From Negaprion brevirostris (lineage: Eukaryota): a stretch of DNA of 64,000 nucleotides. The stretch covers positions 24,296,202-24,360,201 of the forward strand of contig JARDVH010000137.1 of NCBI GenBank assembly GCA_030324005.1. The letters are read 5' to 3'. Below are positions 24,420-37,654 of the stretch, one piece after another; the first letter of the stretch is position 1; every line of letters begins with the position of its first letter. Both the position numbers and the translations under genes were made by a program. The notes beneath the pieces were generated by a model. The model ran no database searches, was not told where the DNA came from, and worked only from the letters and a program-made list of their open reading frames with translations.

Positions 24420-26210
24420 ATTCTTAAAAATTCCTTCATGGGCTGTGGGTGTTGCTGACAAGTCCAGCATTTGTTGCCCATCTCTAACTGCCCTTGAAAA
24501 GGTGTTGCTCAGCTGCCTTCTTGAATTGCTGCAGTCCATTTGGTGTAGGTGCAGTCACAGTGCTGTGAGGAAGGGAATTCCAGGATTTTGACCCAGCGAC
24601 AGTGAAGATACAGCGACACATTTACAAGTCAGGGTGGCACATGACTTAAAGGGGAAGTTGCAGGTGATGGTGTTCCCCTGTGTTTGCTGCCTTTGTCCTT
24701 CTAGGTCATAGAGGCTGTTTATTTGGAAGGTACTGTTGAATGAGCCATGGTGACTGTGTCTTGTAGACGGTACACACTGCTGCCATTGCATCAGTGGTGG
24801 AAGGAATAAATGTTAAAGGTGATGGATGGGATGCCGATCAAGTAGGCCACTCTGCCCTGGATGGTGTCGAACCTCTTGAATGTTGTTGAAGCTGCACTCA
24901 TCCAGGCAAGTGGAGAGTATTTGATCACTCCTGACTTGTGAAATTTAGATGGTAGGCAATCTTTGCAGAGTCAGCATGCGAGTTACATGCTGCAGAAATC
25001 CCAGCCTCTGATCTTCTCTCGTAGCCATAATTTTTATATGGCTGTTCCAGTTCATTTTCTGGTCAATAGTAACCCTTAGGATATTGATAGTGGGGGATTC
25101 AGCAATGATAATGTAATCGAATGTCAAGAGATGATGATTAGACCCTCTCTTGTTGGACATGGTTATTGTCTGGCATTTGTGTGGCATGAAAATTACTTGC
25201 CACTGATCAGTCCAAATGGTGCTGAATATTGTGCAATTATCTGCAAACATCTCCACTGCTGACCTTATGATAGAACTAAGATCATTGATGAAACAGCTGA
25301 AGATGGTTGGGCCCTGTGGAACTCTTAAAGAGATAATTGACCTTCAACAATCACAGCCTTTGTACCAGGTATAACTCCAACCTGCGGAGAGTTTTCCCCT
25401 TGATTTCCGTTGACTCAGTTTTGCTAAGGCTCCTTGATCTTACACTAGGTCAAATACTTTCCTCAGCTCTTGAATTCTACTCATTTGTTCATGTTTGGAC
25501 CAAGGCTGTAATGAACTGAGTGGCCCTGTGGAACCTAAACCAAGCATCTGAGAACAGGTTGTTGCTGAGTAAATGCTGCTTGATGACACTTTCCATCACT
25601 TTGCTGATCGAGAGTAGATCGGTGGGGTGGTAATTGGCTGAGCTGGAATGGTTCTGACCAATTCTCCACATTGCTGGGCAGATGCCAGTGTTGTAGTTGT
25701 ACTGGAACAGCTTGGCTAAGGGCACAGTTAATTCTGGAGCACAAATCTCCAGTATTATAGCTGGAAATTTTTTAAGACCCCATAGCCTTTGCAACGTCCA
25801 GTGCCTTAAGCCATTTCTTGGTATCACATGGAGTGAATCAGATTAGCATCTGTGATGCTGGGGATCTCGGAGCCAAAAAGAATCATCTTCTTGGCACTTC
25901 TGGCTGAAGGTAGCTGTACATCAGCCTTCCCTTTTTGACTGATGTGCTGGGCTCCCCTATTCTTGAAGATAGAGATATTTGTGGCACTTCCTCCTCCAAT
26001 TAGTTGTTTAATTGTCCAACACCGTTCACAACTGGATTTGGCAGGGCTGCAGACCTGATCTATTGGTTGTGAAATTGCTTAGTTCTGTTTATTTAAATGC
26101 TAAATGGGATAGAATGTGAATAGATCTAGCAACTCAAAACAGGGCAAGAATGAGATGTAATGGCCATCAGCAGCAGCAGAATTGTACTCAATCCAACCTG
26201 TAATCTTATG
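24420..26210 (-). mobile_element. CR1-group LINE (second family), about 1.8 kb 3' portion including RT, in SLC16A3 intron
   Basis: CAPELTVPLAKLFQYNYNTGICPAMW, MFADNCT (FADD motif), WQVIFMPHKCQ, INILRVTIDQKMNWNSHI; 3' tail shared with SINE family C. Confidence 0.85.
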
Positions 26211-26329
26211 GCAAGGCATATCTCCCACTCTACCATTCCCACTAAGCCAGGGGATCAATGCTGGTTCAATGAAGTGTGCAGGAGGACATGCCAGGAGCAG
26301 CACCACACACACACTTAAAAATAAGGTGT

Positions 26330-27950
26330 TAACCTAGTGAAGCTACAACACTGGATGACTTGCATATCAAATACCTTACACTATTTAATATGGTTTCGTT
26401 GCAAAGTTTAGCTTCCAGAGATTTCTCTAGCACTGAACTCACACTGACTGCCCTGTAGTCGCTGGCTTTATCCTTGCAGCCCTTTTTTTGAACAAGGGCG
26501 TAACATCTGCAATTCACCAGCCCTGCACCCTGTGTCTAAGGGAGACTGGAAGATTATCACTAGTGCCTCTGTAATTTTCACTTTCACTTCCCTCAGTGAA
26601 TATAACTCACCCAGCCCGTGTACTTTCTCAATTTTAAGTAAAAATAGCCTTTCTAGTACCTCCTTCTTCTCAGTTGTAAATTATTATGAGGTGGTACGGT
26701 TGGACAGTGGTTAGTATTGCTGCTTCACAACGTAGGGACCTGGGTTCAATTCCTCACTTGGGTCATTGTCTGTATAGAATTTGCACATTCTTCCCGTGTC
26801 TGCGTGGGTTTCCTCGGTGCTCAGGTGTCCTCCCACAGTCTAAAGATGTGCACATTAGGTGATTTGGCCATGCTAAATTCTCCTTCAGTGTACCTCTGCA
26901 GGTGTCGAAGTGTGGCAACTAGAGGATTTTCACAATAACTTCATTGTAGTGTTAATGTTGTGACTAATAAGTAAACTTTATTCAAGTGTACCAGTTACCT
27001 CTTCTCCCATTTTCATTTTTTGTAAAGACGTGCAAAGTACTCATTTAAAACTTTGCTATTTACCCAGCTTCCACCTGCAGGTGCACTTTTTTATCCCTAC
27101 TCTTTCTTTTACCATCCTTTTATTTATTTACATGCATACAGAAAACTGAGATTCACTTGTATGTTAGCTGCCAGTCTTTTCATGCTCTCTCCTTGCTTTT
27201 CTTATTAATCTTTTCATTTTCCTTCTGGTCCTTCTATATTCAGCCTGATTCTCCATTGTATTTTCTGCCTGACATCTGTCATACACGTACTTCTCCCTCT
27301 TCATCTTTACCACATTATTCTCGTCATCCGGGGCATTCTAGATTTCTTTGTCCNNNNNNNNNNNNNNNNNNNNNNNNNNNNNNNNNNNNNNNNNNNNNNN
27401 NNNNNNNNNNNNNNNNNNNNNNNNNNNNNNNNNNNNNNNNNNNNNNNNNCAACTCACTCGAGTCAGATACATGCTCATCCCATTGCATTTGGCTTTTCCC
27501 TAAGTAATTAGCCCTGCTCTGGATTGTTCCATGTCCATTTCCGATGCCGACCTAAACCAGATGATACAGTGGTTGTTGTCCCCTTCGTGTTCTCCCACTG
27601 ATATTTGGTCAACTCATTCCCCAGGACCAGATCCAGCAGTGCCTACCCTCTTGGACTGGAAACATACTGCTGCAGCAAATGTTCTTGAACACATTCCAGG
27701 AACTTTGCATTATTCCTATCCCAGTCTATATTTGTCCCTCACTATATTTCTTGCACCACTCTATCATTTCTTTGCAAATTTATTTCTCTACATCTCTTTC
27801 TCTAGTTTGTGGTCTATAAAGTACACCGCTCAATGTTATTGTATCTGTTTCATTTCTTACCTCTAACCAGAGAGATTCTGGCCTTGATCCCTTTGGAACA
27901 TCCTCTCCCTTTGGCACTGTAATGCCAGCTTTAAACAATACTGCCACTGC
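26330..27950 (-). mobile_element. Decayed CR1 LINE ORF2 fragment split by a SINE
   Basis: KKGCKDKASDYRAVSVSSVLEKSLE motif at 26400-26500; LINE-like sequence continues beyond 26990. Confidence 0.6.
26690..26980 (+). mobile_element. tRNA SINE, family B
   Basis: cagtggttagtattgctgcttcaca...gggttcaattcc...aacttcattgtagtgttaatg..tgactaataag. Confidence 0.85.
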
Positions 27951-28774
27951 TCCCACCTCCTTGTCTTCCTCAGCATACCTGCAAATTTTTTAAGTAACAC
28001 ACATCTATAAAGTGTTTAGAAAACAGCTGTACAATAACATGATTTCTCAAACCATTTTACTGTTTTTTAAAGTAACCACTGCTGTTGGCCTTTGAACTGT
28101 ATATCAGGGAGCTGTCCCTTCCCTTTGCATGCCTTTTGATAACCAACATTCAGCACTGACTGAGGGTTGAGTAATGAAGGTCAGCCATTTACATGTAAAG
28201 GAATAAAAGGTTTGTGTTAACCTAGACACTGTTGGTGTTNNNNNNNNNNNNNNNNNNNNNNNNNNNNNNNNNNNNNNNNNNNNNNNNNNNNNNNNNNNNN
28301 NNNNNNNNNNNNNNNNNNNNNNNNNNNNNNNNNNNNNNNNNNNNNNNNNNNNNNNNNNNNNNNNNNNNNNNNNNNNNNNNNNNNNNNNNNNNNNNNNNNN
28401 NNNNNNNNNNNNNNNNNNNNNNNNNNNNNNNNNNNNNNNNNNNNNNNNNNNNNNNNNNNNNNNNNNNNNNNNNNNNNNNNNNNNNNNNNNNNNNNNNNNN
28501 NNNNNNNNNNNNNNNNNNNNNNNNNNNNNNNNNNNNNNNNNNNNNNNNNNNNNNNNNNNNNNNNNNNNNNNNNNNNNNNNNNNNNNNNNNNNNNNNNNNN
28601 NNNNNNNNNNNNNNNNNNNNNNNNNNNNNNNNNNNNNNNNNNNNNNNNNNNNNNNNNNNNNNNNNNNNNNNNNNNNNNNNNNNNNNNNNNNNNNNNNNNN
28701 NNNNNNNNNNNNNNNNNNNNNNNNNNNNNNNNNNNNNNNNNNNNNNNNNNNNNNNNNNNNNNNNNNNNNNNNNN

Positions 28775-28938
28775 AAGTTGATCTTTCTCTACACCCTAGC
28801 TATGACTGTAACACTACATTCTGCACTCTCTCGTTTCCTTCTCTATGAACGATATGCTTTGTCAGTATAGCGCGCAAGAAACAATATTTTACACTCGAAA
28901 TTAATACATATGACAATAATAAATCAAATCCAAATCAA
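28775..28938 (+). mobile_element. Non-LTR element 3' end with (ATCAA)n-like tail, possibly Rex1/Babar type
   Basis: ...tgacaataataaatcaaatccaaatcaaa microsatellite tail right after a gap. Confidence 0.5.
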
Positions 28939-29844
28939 AGGCTCAGCTATGATGCTCTGATGGTCTCCAGTATGCTGCAACATGTATTTTCAAGATTTAG
29001 AAATAAATAAAGACTGTTTATGTAAGGTACTTTATGGTGGTTGATTTCCCCGAGCCAATCCTCAACAAGGAGACTTCATGCTCAATTGTAAGCAATAGAC
29101 TTTCTTTTTGTACATGTCTGATGCAACCATGATTTTGTAAAATTAAAACTCTCTACAACTCCTGCCCTTGAGGCATTTGTTCTAATTACATTGTGACAAT
29201 CAAAACACAAATGTCAATACCATTTCTGATCTAGGATACTTGTAATCAAAATTTCCTCACATGGAAGATTGCCCTTAGAATAGATTTGTTTTCCAGTGTA
29301 GTCACTAATGACTTCTGTGCAGTGATTTTCGGATAGCTTTATTAGATTTGCCACTTAATGCACCAGTGCAAATGTGTCCTGAATTTTTCTGAGTGATTTG
29401 TCCATTTAATTTGAGAAATAAGTAAAAGCTTCATTTTGATTCTCAGTTATTCCAGGGTGATTGTACTGTATTTCAGAACTCATTATATGCAGATTTGTTA
29501 TATCAGTCTTGTCAAATCCATTAGAAAATTTGAACAGTTTTTGGTTTCTTACAGCTCTTACAGATAAGCCAGTTAATAAGTTACATTTAACCCAATGCAT
29601 GTCTTCTCCATTGTTATCATCTTGGAATTAACGCAGGAAAGTTCCACTGTATTCCTCCCTTCACTGCCAGCAATGGTGTTTGCCGTGATGTTACTTCAAA
29701 TAATTCATAGATGTTCATCAGATATTATCATCTGGATTTATTTGTCTAATTGTGGAGGTTTAGGTTTCCTTTAAGGACAAACCTCCTCTTGTCTTGAAAT
29801 AGTTGTCAATTTACAGCAATGTATGAATGATGCATTCTGAACAC

Positions 29845-30260
29845 AAGGATATAAGAAAAATAAGTAGGCCATTCGGTCTATTAGTAAGATCTTGGCAGAT
29901 CTCTACCACAGTTCCACGTTCTGGCACTATCCCCCATTACTTCAATCCTCCTGTGATCAACAGATTTTTAGATACTGTGGTTGAACATCCATGGCTCAAT
30001 GGGGAAAAGAACTCCAGAGGTTCACAATCTTTTNNNNNNNNNNNNNNNNNNNNNNNNNNNNNNNNNNNNNNNNNNNNNNNNNNNNNNNNNNNNNNNNNNN
30101 NNNNNNNNNNNNNNNNNNNNNNNNNNNNNNNNNNNNNNCTTATTAACTTAAATTCTTCAGAATATAGGCCTCTCCTTGAAGGACAGCTTCCTCATCACAG
30201 GACTCAGTCTAGTTAACCTTTGTTGCACTCTAAGGCAAGTATATCTCTCCTGGTAAGGAT
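29845..30260 (-). mobile_element. CR1 LINE 3' remnant
   Basis: ataagaaaaataagtaggccattcgg tail; ccagaggttcacaa; gaatataggcc. Confidence 0.6.
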
Positions 30261-30569
30261 TCTAATTGAAGATTCTTCACTTGTGTGTTAACTTTTTCTC
30301 AAGATGGTGCTGGAGCATGGCAATTTCTTGCAAGCTGTGCCCAGCGTACCTTCTAATTCTATCTTTTACTTTCGTTCTATACTTCTAAAACTTCACTCTA
30401 TCCCTTTTAAACTCTCTAACAATGCTCTAATTCTTTCTCTACACCCTAGGTAAGGGTGGCCAGGACAAAAGAAAACATAGCACGCTGTTCAAAAGTCCAT
30501 TGACTTCAGCGGGACCGTAACATTCCACCAGCCTAAAATTCTGAGTCATCTTTCTTTCCATCTGTTAAA

Positions 30570-32200
30570 GCCAGAATTGTAATGTACTGCCTTGTACTGG
30601 CCTGAAGTGGGTCAGGAATTAATTTATAACTGAAATGGACTTTGCCAGTTTAACTCAGTCACAGCATTACTATCCTGCTTCTGATTTCCAGCCAGTAACA
30701 GAACACGCGAGTGGTAATATGCCTCATGTGCCCCAGGAAGAATTTCTAGTTAAAGGGACCACAGTTTGTTTCAGAATGGCTGAAGTGTACTTGGTCCCTG
30801 AGGCTTCAGCCTGAGGACAACCGGAAAGGCTGCCCCCTCCTCCAACCCGGGTCTCACACTCTTCCGTACCTGGAGGTTCTGCTGCCCAGGTCAGGAGGAA
30901 GGGGCTAGCCTTTCAAATCAAGTAGACATAGATGGAAAGTGGCTAAGGCATGAGCAGCAGGTGTGATTCCCCATACCTGCATACTATGCACCGAGAAGAT
31001 CCAGCACCTCAAAAGTGCGTGACAGATGAGTTCCATAGCACTGTCAGGCGAAATGCCCACCTTCTGAATTTTTTTCACCATTTTTCTCCACTATGCACTT
31101 TGCAACTCCACTCATTCTGCATTCTCCACCGATTCACATCACCATCTAAACAGTCAACATGCATTCTCACCCATAGCCTGTCATTCTCTCACATCCATTT
31201 CTTACAGCCCTCTTCCACAAGTTTCGTCCATCCCTCCTCCGAATAAATGATTTCTCAACCTTGTAAGAAAAGAGAGTGCACAACTCCAGGGAGAGGCAGA
31301 GAACTGGTATCGGGGTGGGGCGGGGGTGAAATGCCTCCATTGATAGACACCTTGATGAATACTGGTAATGCCTGCTAGCACCACTGAGAAGGAGATCTTA
31401 TTCCAGAAGGCTGCAGATATCAGCAGTGACCTGCAATGGGACTCTAAGCTTCCTGAAGTGCTGTTTACACATGTTGAGAGCGCTGGTGCTTTGCCTGTAG
31501 AGCTTATGTTGTGGGCCTTGCCTTCATCAAGCTGGATCTCTGGACCCATACCCACTGTTCTTTGGCGGGATACGTGGATGAGGAGGAGGCACCTGTTGGT
31601 GTTGTTCTTGCTGATACTGTTGGTATGAGTATTGCTGCGCCTTTTGTTCCTCATCAGAGGTTCAAGATGGAGCTGTGTTAGCTGCTCCCATGCTGCAGTG
31701 ATGGCTGACAGCAGAGAGTTACTGACCAAGGTGAGTGAAGTCCAAGACGAGGGAAGTGACTTCCAAAACGTTGGCACCCACCTGTAAAGGAGAGGAAGTA
31801 TACTCTCAAAAGTGCTCTGAGCCTCCGATTCTTGCCTGAACATGGCTGCAGCTTTTCAGTTTCACTATTTGAATACTATCCAACTTAAACTAACACTTCC
31901 CACTGTGCTCTCGCCTGGTTAATCCTCTAAAATTCTGCGTAGCATGGGAAACCTGTGCAATGGCAGTCAAAGCCAGAATGCTGAGCTAAATCCTGAGTTA
32001 GTTGTGGATTTTTAATGATTTACCTGACAGCTCCAGAGCTTTTCCCAGTTGCCTACAAACCCATCTTGGTTAAAGCCAGAAGTGAATAGGGTCATGTTGG
32101 ATTCCCAATCTCACACCACTCTTTTGGGAGTTTAACCTGATGTGCACACCCGAACCCATGCTCCATTATCCCCTGCCCCCACACCTGAACCCCAGAATTT
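30570..32200. mobile_element. Probable decayed DNA transposon (PIF/Harbinger-like)
   Basis: GC-richer block containing a 213-aa minus ORF remnant, unlike the retroelements of the window; family assignment is tentative. Confidence 0.3.
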
Positions 32201-33269
32201 ATTATTCTCTTCTTTATTTCTCTTTCTGTGACAGATTTGACATTGGATTCACCTACTCTAATTCCTTCTGAGCCTTTGTCAATCCTCCAATCTGATTTGC
32301 TAAGGAGATAACTTGATTAAGGCGATGATAACCTGCTTGGATGGCCTCTTTCCTGCCTTGTGCCATTAATATTTCAGAAACCTTTGCAGGATTGTGATGA
32401 AGCAGAAGGAGGCCATTTGACCCATCAGCTGGAATTCTACCACCCCACCCGCCATGGGTATTGGAACGGGTGAGGTGTAAACAACGGGAAGGTCCATTGT
32501 CCTTGGGTGGGATTTTCTGGTTGCAGGGCCCATCGTGTCTGCACCAGCTCTCCAAAATGAGTATAAGGATTCCATGCCATTTTCCTGTCTTTTCCCCATA
32601 CCCCTGTTGTGCAACATTTTAAAATTAAACATTGAAAGACTGGCTTAACTAATGTAGATTCAATTCTGAATCTTAAGATCACAAAGTTCAAAAGAAATCT
32701 GTGCATTGTAAAATCGTACCAAATTTTTATATGGTAAAAGTGACGCCATATAAAATAATGATGTTCATAGTTTTGCTGCTCTTGTATAGCTGAGATCAAC
32801 CCTTTCTGTCTTGTGTTGTCAATCATTTCCTGTCCTTTCTCACTCTATCAATGAATTTTCCTGTAATTTTTCTCTTAAGAGCTTCCAAATTCCAGAGCAC
32901 CTTCCTACTTTCCTACCATTTACAAGCTTCTTAAAGCTACAACTTAGCATTTATCATCACTACATCTTGACGTGTCCCTTTCATTGCTGGTGATACCCTA
33001 CACAGTTGCCCTTTGCCCTTTACTGAGGTTAATAGAGGGCCTTGTAACACAATAGTAGCCTACTGACCCAAGTGACTGCAAAGCCAAATATATCGCTTGC
33101 AGTCAAGAACTTAAGTTTATAACTTAGTAATATCAGATTCCAGAGCTTTGATTTGACTTGGGTTTTGCTGTGATGCCAGTCTTCTCTGCTGATTAAATGG
33201 AGTCTTTAGTAGTTCTTTGTTTTGCAATAGTCATCTGACCATTGTTTTTTCCTTCTGTGCTTCACTCAG

Positions 33270-33413
33270 GGCCTTTGTGCAGTGTTTTGGTGAATCGCTT
33301 TGGCTGTCGTCCTGTTATGATGGTGGGAGGCCTATTTGCATCAGCAGGAATGATACTCGCATCACTGTGCACCAGCATAATCCAAATCTATCTGACTGCT
33401 GGTGTTATCACTG
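33270..33413 (+). CDS. SLC16A3: MCT4 coding exon 2
   Basis: Acceptor ccttctgtgcttcactcag; encodes (G)[47 protein letters not shown](G); donor ACTG|gtaaga; 144 nt, keeps frame. Confidence 0.96.
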
Positions 33414-34881
33414 GTAAGAAACTCCAATAATTTTTAAAAAAGAAAAGTACGGGGGGATGCTGGAAATTTGAAATTAACTCAGTAGTCCCTCTTTCCTACT
33501 CTTTTGTCCTCGCCCTGCAATATATTTTGTTTTCAAGTTGTTGAAAATGTCTAATTCATAGTTCAGGTGATTTAGAATATGCCTTTTAGTTTTAGGAATT
33601 AAAGTTTAACTGGAAAGATTGTGGAAAATTTAAATTTAAAACTGATAAACACATGCAACTCCACACAAAAACTGAGTTGATGATAATTCAAAAAATGGTG
33701 CATGTTTATGGAAAGGCTGCATCATGTTGACTTTAAAGGTCAGAGTAGAAATATAAGAGTGATAGAACAGCAGGTAGAGAAACTTGAACAATGGATCTGT
33801 GGTCATTTTGGTAGAGACATATGATCAGCAATCATTTCAGTAAGGGCAGTCCAGACAGATTGTTTTTTTTTTGGGAGTTAGAGCTAAATTAGTTTAAAAT
33901 ACATTTCTTGCTTCAGATCAAAGAAGGAATTTTAAATGAGGAACAGGTAATGTAAAGGTCTATTTGAGGACACCCCTGGACATGCCAAATTGTCATGGAG
34001 ATGGGTAGAGCTTAGGGAGATCCTCTGGTTGCAATTATCTGAGTGTTTGCAGAAATGTTTTAATTGCAGCTGTGATTTTGGCTGTGGTGCAGCTTACTGA
34101 GTGAAGAAAGCCAAAGTAAATTGACAGTTAGTTAGGCCTGCACTATAGGCAGAGAAAGCTGACTTCATAATTTGCAACATGACATCCAGGTAGGGCTTAA
34201 TTGGATTTCAAGAAGGGGGAGAAAAGCAAGAAGATTGCTTAACTTAATGCGAGTGTAAAAATCTACAGTGATCCTCAGAGAGTTGGTGGAAAAAGAAAGT
34301 AACAAGCAGAGTTACTTAGATCCATTGAGAAGACAACCAGAACAAGGAACTCGGGCAACCTCAATCAACTAGTATTAAAACAAAGTGTCCTAATATGGAA
34401 AATAACAGACTGGTCAATTCCAAAGGACTATGGTTATTTATGGGTGGTCCCCAGTGAAGTAAATTACTTATGATCAATGTATCTTACAAGGAAAATACTT
34501 TAGAGGAGAATAAGGAGTACAACTTGAACAATAATGTTAAGTTAATAGTGCTTATTTTGTTCAAGTATTTTATATACATTTTGATTTATTTTTGCTTAAG
34601 CACTTTATTGGTTATTATGTGAATTTCTCTTTAAGTGTTAACAGTCCCTAATATGATTGTAACAAAATATGTCTTCAGTTCCCTTCTGAAAGTTATTATT
34701 GAATCTGTTTATACCACCTTTTCAGATAACATGTTCCAGATCATAACAATTTTCTGCATAATTAAACTTCTTGTCTCCACCTGACCATCTCTTGCCATTT
34801 ATCTTAAAGTTAGATGGAACAGCATACCCAATTTTCAGCTTCAACTTGAACGACATTGCCATTTATTTTTTTCAGAGTCAA

Positions 34882-34970
34882 AGGCAGCAGGGTGACACAG
34901 TGGTCAGCACTGCTGCCTCACAGCACCAGGGACCTGGGTTCAATTCCAGCCTTGGGTCACTGTCTATGTG
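34882..34970 (+). mobile_element. tRNA SINE head running into a gap
   Basis: ggcagcagggtgacacagtggtcagcactgctgcctcacagcaccagggacctgggttcaattcc. Confidence 0.85.
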
Positions 34971-35689
34971 NNNNNNNNNNNNNNNNNNNNNNNNNNNNNN
35001 NNNNNNNNNNNNNNNNNNNNNNNNNNNNNNNNNNNNNNNNNNNNNNNNNNNNNNNNNNNNNNNNNNNNNNNNNNNNNNNNNNNNNNNNNNNNNNNNNNNN
35101 NNNNNNNNNNNNNNNNNNNNNNNNNNNNNNNNNNNNNNNNNNNNNNNNNNNNNNNNNNNNNNNNNNNNNNNNNNNNNNNNNNNNNNNNNCCCCAAAATGT
35201 CAGATCAGGTTGTCTTTCCTAGAGTGTCAGCTCCAGGGGGCAATGCAAGGTTGGCATTGCCAAGTGGCAGGACCTGGAAGTGGGAGGTACTCCTGAAGGG
35301 GATGGGTCCTGAGGGGATCCTATGTTGGCATCTTTGTCTGGGGGAGTCACACTCGTGCCTGTGTGGTTGGAGGTGGGGGCGGGGACAGAGGGAGATGAGG
35401 GGGCTTCCTCTTTTCCATTGTGAAGGGATAGGGGCCTGTGTCAGAAATGCTTAGCTGGCTGGCGTATTTCCCGCGATGTATACATTTGCATTGAGCAGGG
35501 GAATCCCACTGGACAAGTGCTGCTGACACCAGCAGGAAACATTCCATCTATGACTGCCCACACCAACAGAAAATCTGATTTCGGTGAATCGCGGCCTTTA
35601 TCTTGGTTACATTTTGAAAGCATCTTGCATAAACTTGAGTTACTTTAAGATTCCTCTTCTGGTATCCTAACTTGCAGCAAGTCACTTTT

Positions 35690-36115
35690 GCCTATCACCC
35701 TTGTGCTCACTGACTTGCACTGGCCCAAAGTTTGTCATTGCCTCGATTTTAAAAGTCCCGCCCTTGTTTTCAAATCCCTCTACAAGTCACACCCCATGTC
35801 TGTAACCTCTTCCAGTCCTATAACTCGTTGAGATCTCTGCCCCCATGTAATCAGCCTCTTGCACATTCCTAATTCTAATCTCTTTACCATTGGTGGCTCT
35901 ATCTCCTGGTACCTGAACCCTGGAGTTCCCTCCAAAATTCTCTGTACCTCTCTCACCTCTTTAAGCCATACCTTAAAACTTACCTTTCTTCAATCTTTTT
36001 GTCATCTGTTTCAATATCTCATTATATTGGTTTGTGTCAAATTTTATTTAAAAATTCTCCCAGGGGGCCTTTTGGGACCCAAGCTTGGTGTAAAAATGTT
36101 ATTTCATTGAATTGT
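35690..36115 (+). mobile_element. L2-type LINE 3' end
   Basis: atcacccttgtgctcactgacttgcactgg (ITPVL.DLHW-like), cctcgattttaaaa, tctgtaacctcttccag. Confidence 0.65.
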
Positions 36116-36180
36116 AAACAATCCCTGCCCCTCCAAAAAAAACCTTAACTAAATGAATCACCATTTTGTTTTCACTGCAG

Positions 36181-36957
36181 GACTGGGCCTAGCCTTGAAC
36201 TTTCAACCATCTCTCATCATGTTAAACCGTTACTTTGACAAGCGTCGCCCATTAGCAAATGGCTTATCTGCAGCTGGGAGTCCTGTGTTCCTGTGTTGCC
36301 TCTCTCCATTGGGCCAGATCCTGTCCAAGGTCTATGGATGGCGAGGAGGCTTCCTCATTCTCGGAGGTCTCCTGCTGAACTGCTGTGCGTGTGCAGCATT
36401 GATGAGACCGCTTAAAGCAAGCCGCAAAGAACAAGAAAAAATAGATCAAGCAAAGAAAATGCAGAGCAAGAAGAAAACTAAGCTCCTGGATTTCTCAGTC
36501 TTTAAGGATCGGGGTTTTCTGATATACACAATTGCAGCTTCCATCATGGTCTTTGGTCTCTTTGTTCCACCTGTGTTCATAGTGAACTATGCAAAAGATA
36601 TAGGAGTGCCAGACACAGATGCTGCTTTCTTGTTGACTATCTTGGGTTTTGTGGATATTTTTGCCCGACCTCTTAGTGGTGTTATTGCTGGATTGAAGTT
36701 TGTCCGGCCTCGCTGTGTGTACCTTTTCAGCTTTGCTATGGTTTTTAATGGAATTACAGATCTAGGAGGCTCCTATGCTGCAGATTATGGTGGACTGACA
36801 GTGTTTTGCATTTTCTTTGGGATGTCCTATGGAATGGTGGGAGCGCTGCAGTTTGAAGTGTTGATGGCGATTGTTGGAACTGAAAAGTTCTCCAGCGCCA
36901 TTGGCCTTGTGTTGCTGGTGGAAGCCATGGCAGTCTTGGTTGGTCCTCCAGGTGCTG
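36181..36957 (+). CDS. SLC16A3: MCT4 coding exon 3
   Basis: Acceptor ttttgttttcactgcag; encodes (G)[28 protein letters not shown]...VDIFARP...[26 protein letters not shown]...GPPGA(G); donor GCTG|gtaagt; 777 nt. Confidence 0.97.
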
Positions 36958-37654
36958 GTAAGTATGTTTGCGCACGTCTGTGCATGCACATTTGTGTATC
37001 TTTATAGAAAGAGACTTGCTTCAGCCTTCTCTGCTGAATAAAAATAAGAATCAGAAATATTACAAAAGTCATTAATGCCAGAAATGCCAATATAACAGTT
37101 AACATTTGAAAGATTTAAGTTTTCACTAAAATTAATATGATCAGGAGTGGTGCCTACTTATTGCTTTGGCCAAAGTATGGAACCAAAAGAACAATAGATG
37201 GCACTTAGTATTACAGATGTGCTAATTACTTTTCTAGAGAAATAGCTGGGTAATATAACTATTGAGGCAGAAAAGTCAGCTCTTTCCATGCAATCCCTTT
37301 TCTCTCCTATTCCCATACCACCTCCCATCTTCACCTAATACCATTGAATTTCATTCAGTGGTCTCATTCCTAACTTCCTTCCCTAGGAGGGTTTGGACAC
37401 AATAGTTCATGAATTTTCTGTAACTGGCCATGTAGCAGGGAGAGAAGGGCATGATGGGGCCCTGGCTTAGCATGTTGTGGAATGAAGCCCTGTGCCTGTG
37501 TCTTGGGAATCACAGACAAAATGGGCCTTGACCCAGGATATTTTGACAAACTGTGAACAGAGTAATAAGATTTGGCCTGAAGTAATGCGATCCGCTCCCA
37601 GTGGCTGAGTGGTGAAAGAGAAATGTATTGATTTTTTCCTTTCTTGTTATACAG

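Noticed and set aside
36264-37105. Short antisense ORFs over SLC16A3 exon 3
   Set aside because: Shadow ORFs of the real coding exon.
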